DNA from: Macrostomum lignano
Taxonomy: Eukaryota
Length of the DNA: 64,000 nt
Direction: 5' to 3'
Assembly: GCA_002269645.1 (NCBI GenBank)
Contig: NIVC01003975.1
Location: 1-64,000 of the forward strand
The notes under the pieces were generated by a model that was not told where the DNA came from, did not search any database, and saw only the letters and a program-made list of their open reading frames with translations. Position numbers and translations under genes: made by a program. This document shows, in pieces, positions 11,091-39,400 of the stretch; position 1 is the stretch's first letter; each line of letters begins with the position of its first letter.

Positions 11091-13234
11091 TATTTCTGCG
11101 CTATTGCAAGTTAAACTAAAATTGTATTGAGCTAATTAATGCATTAAATACTTATGTCAAGATTTAGAGAGAAAGGCATGTGCAGAGCTCTACGTGAAGA
11201 CCACTGTGAGAAATTAGTAAATTTAGTATACAACGTGCGTAGGCTTTAAGCGGGCAATTATAAGTAATAATAGTGTGCACAATGAAACGTGCGCAATTTA
11301 ATTAGATTACGCGGATAATTACGCGGTTAATTAACAAAATTCAGCATCAAATGACCAGCGGGGCATCACGCTAACAGTGCAGTCAACAATAAGAGAATAT
11401 AGGGCATGGTGCATCATTCCAGTGGCAGTTGGCAGATCCGGCTTCAAAAATCTTCAAAGCAACTAGCAACGAATCGTTTCACCATGAATTCTTTGGTTAC
11501 CACCTCTACCGTTATGCTTAAAGTAACTTGCCTGACACAGGGCATTAGCGTTTACACTATTCTTGATTTCAAAAGTAAGTCCAGTACAGTATTGGACTAC
11601 TGAGCATTTGAAATTTTACTGCCAACTTGACTGATTAAGCATTAGGATTTAAACTAGAGTTAGAATTGTGGTGGTAGTAAGAAAATCTATGTTAGGGTTG
11701 TGGCCCGGCAGTTGTGTGACCAAACTGTCGAATTCAGCATTTTTGTCGAATTCAGCAGTCAAAAATAAAAAAGGCAGTCAAATGACATGGAGTCGTCGAT
11801 AGGTCCCTATCCCAGCTATAGTCAGCCTAAGCCAATTTCGAAATTGCTCGCTCGTATCCCATTGGCGGTTCCCATTGGGCGGCAAAAGCACGGACGAACT
11901 GAAATTGGAGCGCATGACTTCTTTGGCTCGCAATTGAGGCACTGAACTGCACAGACATATGGAGGGCAATCGAGAAGGGTTGGGTGGTAGGGTAGTTTGG
12001 GCGTTAGTAGGGAAGCGCTGTTAGCTCCTCTGACTTACTGTCTTACAATATACCCCGGGAGGCTATTGGAGAACTTTGTGCACATAAAGATATTATATAC
12101 CAGGCGAAATAACTGAGCACAAGTGGCGGACGGATCCACTCAACGTCAGCACAGGAGAGTGGGTAGCTAATTTCTAGTTCGCCTCCGAATCGAGACTGTC
12201 GCTTGATAACTAAAAATTGGTTATACCAAAATAACCCATTGGTAACATATATCCATATATTAAAAATTATAAGCTAATATTGTAATATTCACTGAAAGGG
12301 GGAATAAACTTTCAGCAGAATTTGCGGTAAGTTCTTTATTTACTTTTTATCATACGTGGATCGGTTTTGACCGCAAAATAAAGTAGTTTCTGCATACGAT
12401 ATTGCAAAGGTAGATTTAAACGTACAAGATATCGTTACATACAAAAGAATGATAAAAAGCATCAAAAGATACGAGTATACATGCAGCCGAACTATGTAAA
12501 TTACGAGTGTATATACATGTACAGGCAAAAGTTTAGGTCAAAGACCGAATGATCTACAACATTAGTTCGTTCAATGACCAACGTCATACACCAAGAATCA
12601 AGGTAATAGACCATAGACTAAACTACGCTTGTAGTTGCCATATACCGCAGACCCAGGGTCTTGGACATAGACAATTGTTTGTTTCAGTCATGTTGATAAA
12701 ATAGCCAGTCAATTTGATAATCCCATTTCGCTGCAACAACAGTCTACTGCTACAGAACTGCACTTGACCATAGACAATACACACAATAAAGCAAATTGAT
12801 TGGAAGATTTCGTTAAAAATCACTAATTTTAGAAATCAAGTTGCGTAGCCAGAATTTATGCTGTGACATTTTTTATTTCATTGTCTTTTTAGTCATTAAA
12901 TTGCCGATGCATTTATGGAATCACAAAGGAAAAAATTCATAAAAATGAAGCTCAGTCATGTAACTGCTCTTATCAATTAGAAAAATCTGCCAGTGGAGTC
13001 GCTGAATGGCGTAATAATTGCCCTTTTAACTCGTCATTGTGTCCGGGTAAAAGTTCTTTACAATGCCAGCCTTTGCGATTTGAAACTTATCTGAACTTTA
13101 CTATTGACGCTTTAATAAGTTACATATTGTCGAAAGCTCTCTGGTCATTGATGTTTGAACAGTATATTGCTCTCTCTTCACAGATCATCGCCCTCAACTC
13201 GAGGACCTTGCTACAGCGGCTACAAATATACGCG

Positions 13235-14347
13235 ATGTTACTTTCAACCCTGTCAAAGGGTCTCCTTCGGCCAGGAACAGTGATAGCCGTTGCCGTGGTA
13301 ATGCTCCTGAGCCTGTACTTGTTCAGCCAATTTCACCAATGCTGCAATGGCGATCCCCAGCTACTGGGCAGCTCGTTGTGGGGCATTGACAGCGATTCGA
13401 AACTGATAGAGCCAACCGTCAGCGACGCTTGTTACCATAGTAACCTGCTGAATCGTCTAGCAGAGGTGACCGCAGATCAGGCTGAAGTGCGCAGACAGCT
13501 GCCAATCAAGCCGGGCTTCTACGCTACGCTGGAAACGCCAGTCGACCTGGCCAATCTGACGTCAGAGTCGTGCGCCAACGCTGTTGCGCCAATAACTGTC
13601 AACAGAATTTTGAATGATTCCAACTGCTTCAGGCATTTCGCCAACTCAAGAGACATGGCCGAGGTGTACAGGCAGCTGGGCCACCTGTTCTCCAATTTCA
13701 CCAGTAGGGGCTTGGAACTTTTCCTACTTGATGGTAGCTTGATCGGCTCGGTGCGGCACTTCGGCCTGGTGCCGTGGGACGACGATTTCGACTTCGGCAT
13801 CAGAGTGGATCAGAAGTCGCAGGTTCGCTACCTACTCGAGGAGCTTTCTAAAAGCTCGACGTATTTATTTCTGGACACCGAGGCGCTGAACATGCACTGG
13901 AAGCTCGGGATCCGGTGCGAATTGGTGAACGGCACCAAGTCCTGCCTACTTGCTGTCGACCTGTTTCTAATCCGAAACTCCGGTCGCTGGTTTATCCGAC
14001 TGGAACAGCCCAGGGTATTTTCTATTGAGGATGTCTATCCGCTCAGCTGGAGGCCTTTCGGCCCCGGTCTGCTGCTGCCCTCCCCAAGGCGGCCTCTGCG
14101 CTTTCTCAGGCGGCAGTACAAATCCGACGTGATGCGGCAGTGCCACTATCAGCCTCACACCAGCACCGGGTGCTCGAAGCCCACCATGACGTGTCAGGCC
14201 ATTCGAGCTCTTGGCCGGCATCCGTTCGTTGAGTTCGTCCGCTTGCCGGCACCCTCGACAGGCTGGCCAGGAGAGAAGAACATCACTTTGGAGCTGTTGC
14301 TATGGAAACGGTATTTGATTTCAGTGTTTCTGCCTTACGGCGACTGA
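13235..14347 (+). CDS. LicD/fukutin-related nucleotidyltransferase-fold phosphotransferase, type II membrane protein, single exon, about 370 aa
   Basis: N-terminal TM segment VIAVAVVMLLSLYLF; LicD signature LFLLDGSLIGSVRHFGLVPWDDDFDFGI; later VDLF and PSPRRPLRFLRRQY. ATG at 13235 chosen because it precedes the TM anchor; the ORF-track start at 13037 is TTG. Confidence 0.85.
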   Translation: MLLSTLSKGLLRPGTVIAVAVVMLLSLYLFSQFHQCCNGDPQLLGSSLWGIDSDSKLIEPTVSDACYHSNLLNRLAEVTADQAEVRRQLPIKPGFYATLETPVDLANLTSESCANAVAPITVNRILNDSNCFRHFANSRDMAEVYRQLGHLFSNFTSRGLELFLLDGSLIGSVRHFGLVPWDDDFDFGIRVDQKSQVRYLLEELSKSSTYLFLDTEALNMHWKLGIRCELVNGTKSCLLAVDLFLIRNSGRWFIRLEQPRVFSIEDVYPLSWRPFGPGLLLPSPRRPLRFLRRQYKSDVMRQCHYQPHTSTGCSKPTMTCQAIRALGRHPFVEFVRLPAPSTGWPGEKNITLELLLWKRYLISVFLPYGD

Positions 14348-14817
14348 TGCGGGCTTTTAGGAGTTTTGCGTTGGACAAATTCTTCAGGTTTATTTCTAAT
14401 AATTTGCTATAAAGTTGTAATTAAATTGCTTTTCCTTGAGGAATTTTAATGCTGTTCTTTTCTGTTATTTTCTTTTTATTTGTTTCATCAGCTGAATCAG
14501 TTTTGCCTTGCACTCACTAGTTGTATAAGTTTCATTGTTTTTAGTGCACTTTTGACAGACGACCTGTTTTCCTTGAAAAAAAGTACTTTATTTCATTCAT
14601 GTACTCCTATTGCAATTGAAACTGGCTTTGAAATGTTGCAAAATACTTCACTCTGTTCCTATGGGCGACAATGTTTAGTATTTAATAAACATAATCTGCG
14701 AGACTAGTTCAATTGTGTAAAATAATAATTAATAATTTCCTTTTCTAATATCTCAGCATCAAACAAAGCCAGAATTTGTCATTTGAAGGCAGAGTTTTAC
14801 CACTTTATTTTACTTTT

Positions 14818-15270
14818 AGTGAGACAGGGCGCCCGCCACGAGACAGGGGCGACAACCAAGAGACAGGAGTGCCCATCCAAGATACAAGGGGCACCCAGCA
14901 AGAGACAGGGGCGCCCACCAAGAGACAGGGGGCACCCACCAAGAGACAGGGGCGCCCACCAAGAGACAGGGGGCGCCCAACAAGAGACAGGGGCGCGCAC
15001 TAAGAGACAGGGGCGCCCAACAAGAGACAGGGGCGCCCAACAAGAGACAGGGGCGCCCACCAAGAGACAGGGGCGCCCACCAAGAGACAGGGGCGCCCAC
15101 CAAGAGACAGGGGGCGCCCAACAAGAGACAGGGACGCCCACCAAGAGACAGGGGCGCCCAACAAGAGACAGGGGCGCCCACCAAGAGACAGGGGCGCCCA
15201 CTAAGAGACAGGGGGCCCATCAAGAGGCAGGGGTGACAACCAAGAGACTACCTAGAGGCAGGGCGCCCAC
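14818..15270. repeat. GC-rich minisatellite, unit about 20 bp (caagagacaggggcgcccac)
   Basis: About 22 tandem near-copies visible. Confidence 0.9.
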
Positions 15271-15349
15271 TAAGATTATTATTCTTTTAGTATCAGGTTT
15301 TCTACTAGTATTGTATTTTGCACTGCAATCTAAGTGAGACATAGGCAAG

Positions 15350-15710
15350 TTAGGTGTTTTCCGGTCCATAGGTTGTCGGCAGTCCTGTCAGTGAATAAAA
15401 TTCTGCCGCGCCTGGCTTCCATCACATTTCGGGCATTCACCAGCAAGCCAGCAAGCCCTAATGTACGTCTCTGGTAGCCATTTTCAGAGCAATCATCATG
15501 ATGCTCAACGTCCCGTGCTGCTGTGGGTTCAGAAATGACCCAGCTTTTGAGGCAGTTCTGTTGTAGCCGGATGTGACGTACGGAGTTCGCTGCACAATAT
15601 GATCAATCGTCCAGCGTCCATGCAGCTTTTGTGAGCCGGCCTTCTGTCAGCCACGAGTTATTTCATGCATGTGGCCGGTTCCACTGTACTTGTTCCATAT
15701 CCTGTAAGCA
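15350..15710 (-). mobile_element. Decayed Tc1/mariner-type transposase relic
   Basis: Minus-strand frames give YRIWNKYSGTG...IDHIVQRTPYVTS, then RRTLGLAGLL and GRILFTD, resembling the Tc1 DNA-binding region and the first catalytic-Asp motif; interrupted by stops. Confidence 0.4.
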
Positions 15711-16487
15711 ATGACACTCCTATCAACCTAAGAGTAAAATTTATCCCTTGAAATCTTAACTAGGAGTTGGGAGCTAGAAATGTAAGTCGCTCCTTCTTTA
15801 TATCCTTCTAGGACACGCGCTCCTAAAATCTACTCTTGAAAACGGCAACTCCTAGCTCCTACTCCCCACTCCTTATTCAATAGCACGCGACAAACCTTAA
15901 TCATAGAAGCTAGGAGTTAGAACACTCTTAAGGATTTAGGAGTTAAGAGTATTCTTTAGCACGGGACCCATGCGCTGAAGTCATTTCCGACGAGGGTTTT
16001 CTTTAGGGAAACTTTAGTTAAAAAAGAGTCTGTCACTTTGCCATAGACCGTACGGTTTTGACCATAGACATGCGTATCTACTCGGTACCCGGTATTTCAG
16101 ATTGCTGGAAAGAAGTGTCTGCCTTAGCTCGCGAAAACCCTATACTACGCCTAACTTTGGCGCGAGTGTTCTTGCTCGGGCTTGTCACGATCTGGCCGAG
16201 TGCAAAGTGCGATTGCAAACAGCGCGTCAAGCAGCGCGTGTCATTTTGACCGACCCTCCCCGCTTGTAGAGCCGCTAGAGCTGCTCTTTATCGATTGTTA
16301 TTTTTTTATCTATCTGAGATTCGAGCCCGACCTCTGATACACGCGGCCTCACCCATTGGTCAAATAGGTAGCTAGATTTTGTACCGTTTGCAAAGTGAAA
16401 CATAAAACAACGTTGTGTTTGAGCTTTTCCGCTTCTTCTCTCTTTAGACTAGAAATTTTTTCGGCTAGAAGCCACCATTGAGAAACA

Positions 16488-24014
<7,527 letters not shown>

Positions 24015-24147
24015 AGGTGCTCCAAAATCAGCGCGGTCTGCGGCCTCGTCGAGATTACCTGCGGAACGAAACACTTGCGACAGAAGCAGTTTTTCCTGTA
24101 GTTTTAAAGTTTTCACAGATTTGACTGTAGATTCGGGAGTTTTGACT

Positions 24148-25050
24148 GTAGATTTGAGAGTTTCTACCGCAATTTTAAAGAGTTTTGACTGTAGATTTGA
24201 GAGTTTCTACCGCAATTTTAAAGAGTTTTGACTGTAGATTTGAGAGTTTCTACCGCAATTTTAAAGAGTTTTGACTGTAGATTTGAGAGTTTCTACCGCA
24301 ATTTTAAAGAGTTTTGACTGTAGATTTGAGAGTTTCTACCGCAATTTTAAAGAGTTTTGACTGTAGATTTGAGAGTTTCTACCGCAATTTTAAAGAGTTT
24401 TGACTGTAGATTTGAGAGTTTCTACCGCAATTTTAAAGAGTTTTGACTGTAGATTTGAGAGTTTCTACCGCAATTTTAAAGAGTTTTGACTGTAGATTTG
24501 AGAGTTTCTACCGCAATTTTAAAGAGTTTTGACTGTAGATTTGAGAGTTTCTACCGCAATTTTAAAGAGTTTTGACTGTAGATTTGAGAGTTTCTACCGC
24601 AATTTTAAAGAGTTTTGACTGTAGATTTGAGAGTTTCTACCGCAATTTTAAAGAGTTTTGACTGTAGATTTGAGAGTTTCTACCGCAATTTTAAAGAGTT
24701 TTGACTGTAGATTTGAGAGTTTCTACCGCAATTTTAAAGAGTTTTGACTGTAGATTTGAGAGTTTCTACCGCAATTTTAAAGAGTTTTGACTGTAGATTT
24801 GAGAGTTTCTACCGCAATTTTAAAGAGTTTTGACTGTAGATTTGAGAGTTTCTACCGCAATTTTAAAGAGTTTTGACTGTAGATTTGTGAGTTTCTACCG
24901 CAATTTAGTGAGTTTTGACTGTAGATTTGAGAGTTTCTACCGCAATTTTGTGAGTTTTGACTGTAGATTTGAGAGTTTCTACCGCAATTTTAAAGAGTTT
25001 TGACTGTAGATTTGTGAGTTTCTACCGCAATTTTGGGAGCTTTGACTGTA
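24148..25050. repeat. 43-bp tandem array just downstream of the SLC20 stop
   Basis: gtagatttgagagtttctaccgcaattttaaagagttttgact, 17 apparently identical units (24148-24878) then about 4 variants; no spacers. Confidence 0.95.
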
Positions 25051-25508
25051 GATTTGGGAGCTTTGAATGTAAATTTAACAGCTTTGACTGTATTTTTAAA
25101 ATTTTGACTGGAGATTTTGAAGATTTGACTGTGGATTTGAATGTTTTGACAGATTTCGGGATATCCATAAACCAGCCATAAGATTATTCAGGTTATATGT
25201 AGCGGGCCCATAATTTAGCTTGCAGCACCTGCAAATGACAGTCCGGGAACAAACAGGAAATCGTCTTTTAACATGTGAGCAGGCTTGCTTGAAGGAATTT
25301 ACGAGTGAGGTTACGAGTTCTGCAATTACAATCCCTCTTGTACCGATTTTCAACCTAAAATTAGCTCCGGCAGTATCTATCCATTGCTAAATATACATGT
25401 ATTTGCATTCTGCGCACGGAATAAAGAGCAACATTCTGTACATTGCGCTCGATTGTGAACAATAATAGAATCTGCTTTTCTGCGCTTGCAACTTTTTCTG
25501 GACAGATT

Positions 25509-25603
25509 ATTGACATTCACAAATACTCCTGTCTGTCTGTCTGTCCGTGTGTCTGTCTGTCTGACTGTGTGTCTGTCTGTCTCTCTATCTGTTTGTCTTT
25601 CTT

Positions 25604-25657
<54 letters not shown>

Positions 25658-25661
25658 CGTG

Positions 25662-25712
<51 letters not shown>

Positions 25713-25797
25713 GTCCGTCTGTCTGTCTGTCTGTCTGTCTGTATCCGTCTGTCTGTCTGTCTGTCTGTCCGTGTGTCTGTCTGTCTGGCTGTGTCTC

Positions 25798-25834
<37 letters not shown>

Positions 25835-26013
25835 GTCCGTCTGTCTGTCTGTCTGTCTGTATCCGTCTGTCTGTCCGTGTGTCTGTCTGTCTGTCTGTGT
25901 CTCTCTGTCTGTCTGTCTGTCTGCCTGTCTGTCTGTCTGTCTGTGTCCGTCTGTCTGTCTGTCTGTATCCGTCTGTCTGTCTGTCTGTCCGTGTGTCTGT
26001 CTGTCTGTGTCTC

Positions 26014-26059
<46 letters not shown>

Positions 26060-26199
26060 CGTGTGTCTGTCTGTCTATCTGTGTCTCTCTGTCTGTCTGT
26101 CTGTCTGTCTGTGTCCGTCTGTCTGTCTGTCTGTCTGTCTGTCTGTATCCGTCTCTGTCTGTCTGTCTGTCCGTGTGTCTGTCTGTCTGGCTGTGTCTC

Positions 26200-26236
<37 letters not shown>

Positions 26237-26581
26237 GTCCGTCTGTCTGTCTGTCTGTCTGTATCCGTCTGTCTGTCTGTCTGTCCGTGTGTCTGTCTGT
26301 CTGTCTGTGTCTCTCTGTCTGTCTGTCTGTCTGCCTGTCTGTCTGTCTGTCTGTGTCCGTCTGTCTGTCTGTCTGTATCCGTCTGTCTGTCTGTCTGTCC
26401 GTGTGTCTGTCTGTCTGTGTCTCTCTGTCTGTCTGTCTATCTGTCTGTCTGTCTGTCTGTCTGTCCGTGTGTCTGTCTGTCTATCTGTGTCTCTCTGTCT
26501 GTCTGTCTGTCTGTGTGTCCATCTGTGTGTCTGTCTGTCTGACTGTGTGGCTGTCTGTCTCTCTATCTGTTTGTCTTTCTT

Positions 26582-26647
<66 letters not shown>

Positions 26648-26651
26648 CGTG

Positions 26652-26688
<37 letters not shown>

Positions 26689-26702
26689 GTCTGTCTGTGT
26701 CC

Positions 26703-26736
<34 letters not shown>

Positions 26737-26977
26737 ATCCGTCTGTCTGTCTGTCTGTCTGTCTGTCTGTGTCCGTCTGTCTGTCTGTCTGTCTGTATCC
26801 GTCTGTCTGTCTGTCTGTCCGTGTGTCTGTCTGTCTGTCTGTGTCTCTCTGTCTGTCTGTCTGTCTGCCTGTCTGTCTGTCTGTCTGTGTCCGTCTGTCT
26901 GTCTGTCTGTCTGTATCCGTCTGTCTGTCTGTCTGTCCGTGTGTCTGTCTGTCTGTGTCTCTCTGTCTGTCTGTCTA

Positions 26978-27010
<33 letters not shown>

Positions 27011-27076
27011 GTGTCCATCTGTGTGTCTGTCTGTCTGTGTGTCCATCTGTGTGTCTGTGTATCTGTCCGTCTGTCT
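25509..27076. repeat. Compound (CTGT)n microsatellite
   Basis: Direct inspection. Confidence 0.97.
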
Positions 27077-28029
27077 AGCAAAAGCAACACTAAAAAGCGC
27101 AACACACTGGGAAGGCACTAACAAGTTTGAACAATGCAAGTAAAATCTGACTCCAGCCGATGGGTTGGGCTGAAAAATATTCCTTTATATTGTTAGCCGT
27201 GGCTCTGATGCCCAAGCTAATTACAAATAGAGCGCAGAGGGAAATTCTAAGAAATATACACCTACAAAATGAATAATCTTTGAAAACAAAATATTCAATC
27301 TCTGGTCGAACAACACAAATTTCTGATTTGGTTCCAGCAATTAATCAGTGTTCATTCTACACAGAGAATACGCAGTGAACTTTGCTCGCCAACAAAAATA
27401 TGTCAATTTGTTCTGCCTAATCGGGAACACCAAAGCTCCGAGAGAAAAAAATCTGCCAGAAAATGTCGCCAAAAATATAGTTTTAAAATCCTTCAGAAAA
27501 AATGTAATGCGCAGAAACAAGCAGCTTTAGCAAAAAAAAATAATATTTGTAATAAGCGACAAGGCTTCACAGAGGAACAGTGTGACGACAAAATGAGAGC
27601 TGACAAAATTAAATGTAAGCATAAATTTTTACATCCATACGCAGCGTATACTACTTACAATATATCAAGTGAGTAGTATGAGTATGACGCAATCGCGAAA
27701 AGTAAATGATAGAAAAATAAATAAATATATCAGAACTATACAAAACAGCCGCAGAAGGTAGAAGGCAATAAAATTCCTGCTCAAAAATTTAAACACCCTC
27801 ACGAGACCCATAATTAAGTTGTAAAGTTGAAGAGATCAAAAATATAATAGGCACTCTCTACTGCTATAAGGCACTGACATGAAAATGATAAAATATTTTA
27901 TTACCAAAGCGAGGGACGGAAAAAAGATAAGAAAATTTCATACATAAAACAGACCGTCACCTCAGATAATATTTAAATAGCTACTACTAACTACTTAGGG
28001 CAGTAGTGCAAGCGCGTGCGAGTGCAGTT

Positions 28030-35841
<7,812 letters not shown>

Positions 35842-36377
35842 CTGGGCAGCAGGACTAGCCGTGTCTGACACGGCTACCTTGGCTGTTGTCTGATTTTCAA
35901 TGTTTGCGTCTTTGTCTTTATTATTGGCTTTTTCAGCAATCAGCTTTTGCCGCGGTCGCGAAGGCTGGACATCATAAAATGCAGAATTACAATGTAATTG
36001 TGCCTAGGAAAAAAGTGATAGCAACGATTCCTACTAAATTCTATAGTCTATTTTTAGAATCAAACCTGGAAAGCTACTAACGTCAGATTCTATTTTTAGA
36101 ACCAACCCTGAAAAGCCACTGACGTCAGATTCTATTTTTAGAATCAAACCTGGAAAGCTACTAACGTCAGATTCTATTTTTAGAATCAAACTCCAAGTTA
36201 TAGAATCGACCCTAGAAGTTATTGACTTCAGTATCTATGATGTATTTAGATGAAACGCAGCTTATGAACATAAATTATGTTTATCAAATCAAAGGTTAAA
36301 TTGAAAAAAATCACAGCACACATACTATTAAAGCTGGCGAGAACTTAAGATAATTCTTATAAATAAAATGCTTTGTA

Positions 36378-36383
36378 TTTATT
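36378..36383 (-). terminator. Candidate polyadenylation signal of PSMD5
   Basis: TTTATT on + about 95 bp past the stop at 36478. Confidence 0.5.
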
Positions 36384-36477
36384 AATCGCAACTTTCGTAA
36401 AGAAACGCTGTTGGATATTAAATGAAATCAGAGGTCAGGATAACACATTAAATGTCAGTTTCAATAGCTGGTATAAT

Positions 36478-39400
36478 TCAAGCGTCCTCAGTGGCCACAT
36501 TAGCCTGAGCAGGGGCATAATACAGGCCCTGTTTGACGTGCAGGCGCAGTCGCAGTTGATCCGGACCGCTGAACACGCCGCTAGCAAAGCCGGGACAACG
36601 GCAGGCGGCTTCAACTACGGCAAATTTGCTGACGGCCGATTCGTGAGTAGATTCGGTCCGACGGTCGAGTAGGAATTCTAGGAGGCTGGGCTCTGCTGCG
36701 ATGAGGCTGGCAGCCCAGTCCTGTGTTGGCGATGGCATTTGAAACAGTAAGGATAATAGTCGCTAGTCAATGTACACAATCTCAAATTACTCTATACTCT
36801 GTAATATAGAAAGAAGAAAAAATAATTTTATAACTACTTTATAGAAGCCTAAGACGTCAGCTTCTATTTTTAGAACTAACCTATACTATATGACGTCTGA
36901 TTCTATTTTTAGAACTAACCAATAAAATATGTCGTCAGTTTCTATTTTTAGAACTAGTGGCCTATACTAGCTTTTATTTTTAGAACTAACCTATACTATA
37001 TGACGTCTGATTCTATTTTTAGAACTAGTGGCTTATACTATATGACGTCAGTTTCTTTTTTGAACTAACCTACAATATATGACGCCAGTTTTTATTTTTT
37101 TAATTAACCTTTTGTGGCGGCCAGACTGTACGCGACCGGCAGCACCAGTGCAGCCGCACTGGAAACCCTCCAACCTCTGTCTAGCTGAGGTGGGGTGGTT
37201 GCGCACCAGGCTAGCCGGCTCGCTAAGCCAAGGGGGTTGGCGTAGCCTATCACGCCACGCCACCTGTTCGCACCTTCCTTGGGCCCTCATGAATCTCGCG
37301 CAGTTTGTGTGAATATAAATATATGCGCAAAGCAGCACAAAACTCTTCGCTGCCATTCTATCTATTGAACTAATTAAGGCCTTACGCCTCACTATACTAT
37401 ATGACGTGAGTTTCTATTTTTAGAACTAACCTACATTATATGACGTCAGTTTCTATTTTTAGAACTAACCTACACTATATGACGTCAGTTTCTATTTTTA
37501 GAACTAACCTACACTATATGACGTTAGTTTCTTTTTTAGAACTAACCTACACTATATGACGTCAGTTTCTATGTTTAACAATAAAAAGGGAATCTACAAC
37601 CGACACAACAGGCAATATATATTAATAATGAATCTAACCTGTTCCGCAATAGCAGCCAGCAGCCCGAACGCTTCTAATCGAATTTCCGGAAACGGCACCC
37701 GCGCAAGTTTTTCAATCTCGGCCAAACGCAAACTAAGCGGACCGGACCAGAGTCGCTCGGCCACCGTGGCGGCTTCTGATCGCTCGGCAGCGGACCAGTC
37801 GCCGTTCACCTTGAGAAGGTCTCGAATGGCCGCCAAAGCTCGGGCGCGCGGCTCCGAACGAGGCGAACGCCGGAGAATCTCGGCCAGTGGCCGCACCAGC
37901 TCCGGCCGGGCCAAAGCGGCCGATTTTCCGGCGACCGAGCCGGCGCCAATGTGTCCGACGGTTGCCATGGCAACGAAAGCATCCTGATCGGTCGAGGAGT
38001 TCGAAGCTAGTCCGTCCTGCAGGCTGGCTAAAAATCCCGGACAGGCAGACAGGACAGCGTCCGGGTTGGGAGCGGCGGCGGTCACGTGACCAAACAGACG
38101 CATCAGCTGCGGCCTGAGCAGCGAGGCGATGACGTCACCGCCGCTGGGTGACAGGAGTCGATCAAGGCGAAATAGAAGGCCTGATCTAAAGATAACAAGA
38201 CTGACTACTCAGAGATGATGATGTTAATCTAAATCTTAAGATTTACTACAATCATTCTAAAGGGTTCCCGATTATTCATGTAACTCTTTAGATGATAAAT
38301 TTAAGTACCTGAATTATCTATACAATTTCCTAGATTATTAACCTAAATTCCCAGATTATCAACCTAAATCCCTAGATTATAAACCTAAATTTCCAGATGA
38401 TCAACCTAAATCCCCAGATTATCAACCTAAATTCCCAGATTATCAACCTAAATTCCCAGATTATCAACCAAAATTCCCAGATTATCAAACTAAATCCCCA
38501 GATTATCAACCTAAATTCCCAGATTATCAACCTAAATTTCCAGATTATCAACCAAAATTCCCAGATTATTAACCTAAATTCCCAGATTATCAACCTAAAT
38601 CCCCAGATGATCAACCTAAATTCCCAGATGGTCAACCTAAATCCCCAGATGATAAACCTAAATACCCAGATGATCAACCTAAATTCCCAGATTATCAACC
38701 TAAATTCCCAGATTATCAACCTAAATTCCCAGATGATCAACCTAAATCCCCAGATTATCAACCTAAATCCCCAGATTATCAAGCTAAATCTCTAGATGGC
38801 GAATCCCGGATCCCCAGTCTCACCTCTGCAGCCAGGCCAGCCCGTGATGACACATGGCCAGCAGCCCCAGCACCTCTAGACAATTAACCGCCAGCAGAGG
38901 ATCAGAGCCGATCCCAGATCCGCCCTCCGTTCCAACAGCGTCTTCAACTAATCGTCCCAATAGGCCAGCCGTTTCCATAGCAACCAACGCGGCCGGATTT
39001 CTAACCGCCAATCTGGCCGCCAATTCCAAGCCGCGCATTCGAACAACCGGGCTCTCGCGGCGGCACACCCGATCGGCGAATACGTTGGACAGGTCGCCGG
39101 ACAGCAGCCGACAATCCAGCCCGTTGCTGCGGCCGCCGGAGGCTGCGGCCAGCCAAAATTTTGACGCAGACACGGCTAATGAAACTCCTTCATCATCGTC
39201 GCCTTCGCCTTCGCCGAGCAGATTGGCGAGGCAGCGGAGTAGGCCGTGATTCCAGGCTATTTCGGAATCTGAATCCGACTGAAATCATTGGATTAATGAA
39301 AACCGATATAATAGATGCTTTGTTGAGATCCCACATCCTGGAGTGCTGAGATCCCACATCCTAGTGTTGAGATCCCCCATACTGGAGTTTTGAGATCCCA

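Noticed and set aside
1103-11114. Overlapping or antisense ORFs over the monooxygenase genes (e.g. 1103-1528, 1290-1634, 10503-11114, 10609-11034)
   Set aside because: Shadow ORFs of GC-rich coding DNA; their similarity to each other only reflects the paralogy.
13037-13234. N-terminal extension of the LicD ORF in the ORF track
   Set aside because: Starts at TTG, precedes an acceptor-like site at 13183 and would displace the type II anchor; ATG 13235 preferred.
15716-15970. Possible Harbinger-like MITE remnant (taggagt/actccta-rich)
   Set aside because: Only one plausible terminus and no TSD found.
24148-25050. CRISPR-like regular array
   Set aside because: Units are contiguous and identical with no unique spacers; no cas genes; eukaryotic context.
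25443-27143. Long Cys/Leu/Ser/Val ORFs (566 and 530 aa)
   Set aside because: Translations of a (CTGT)n microsatellite.
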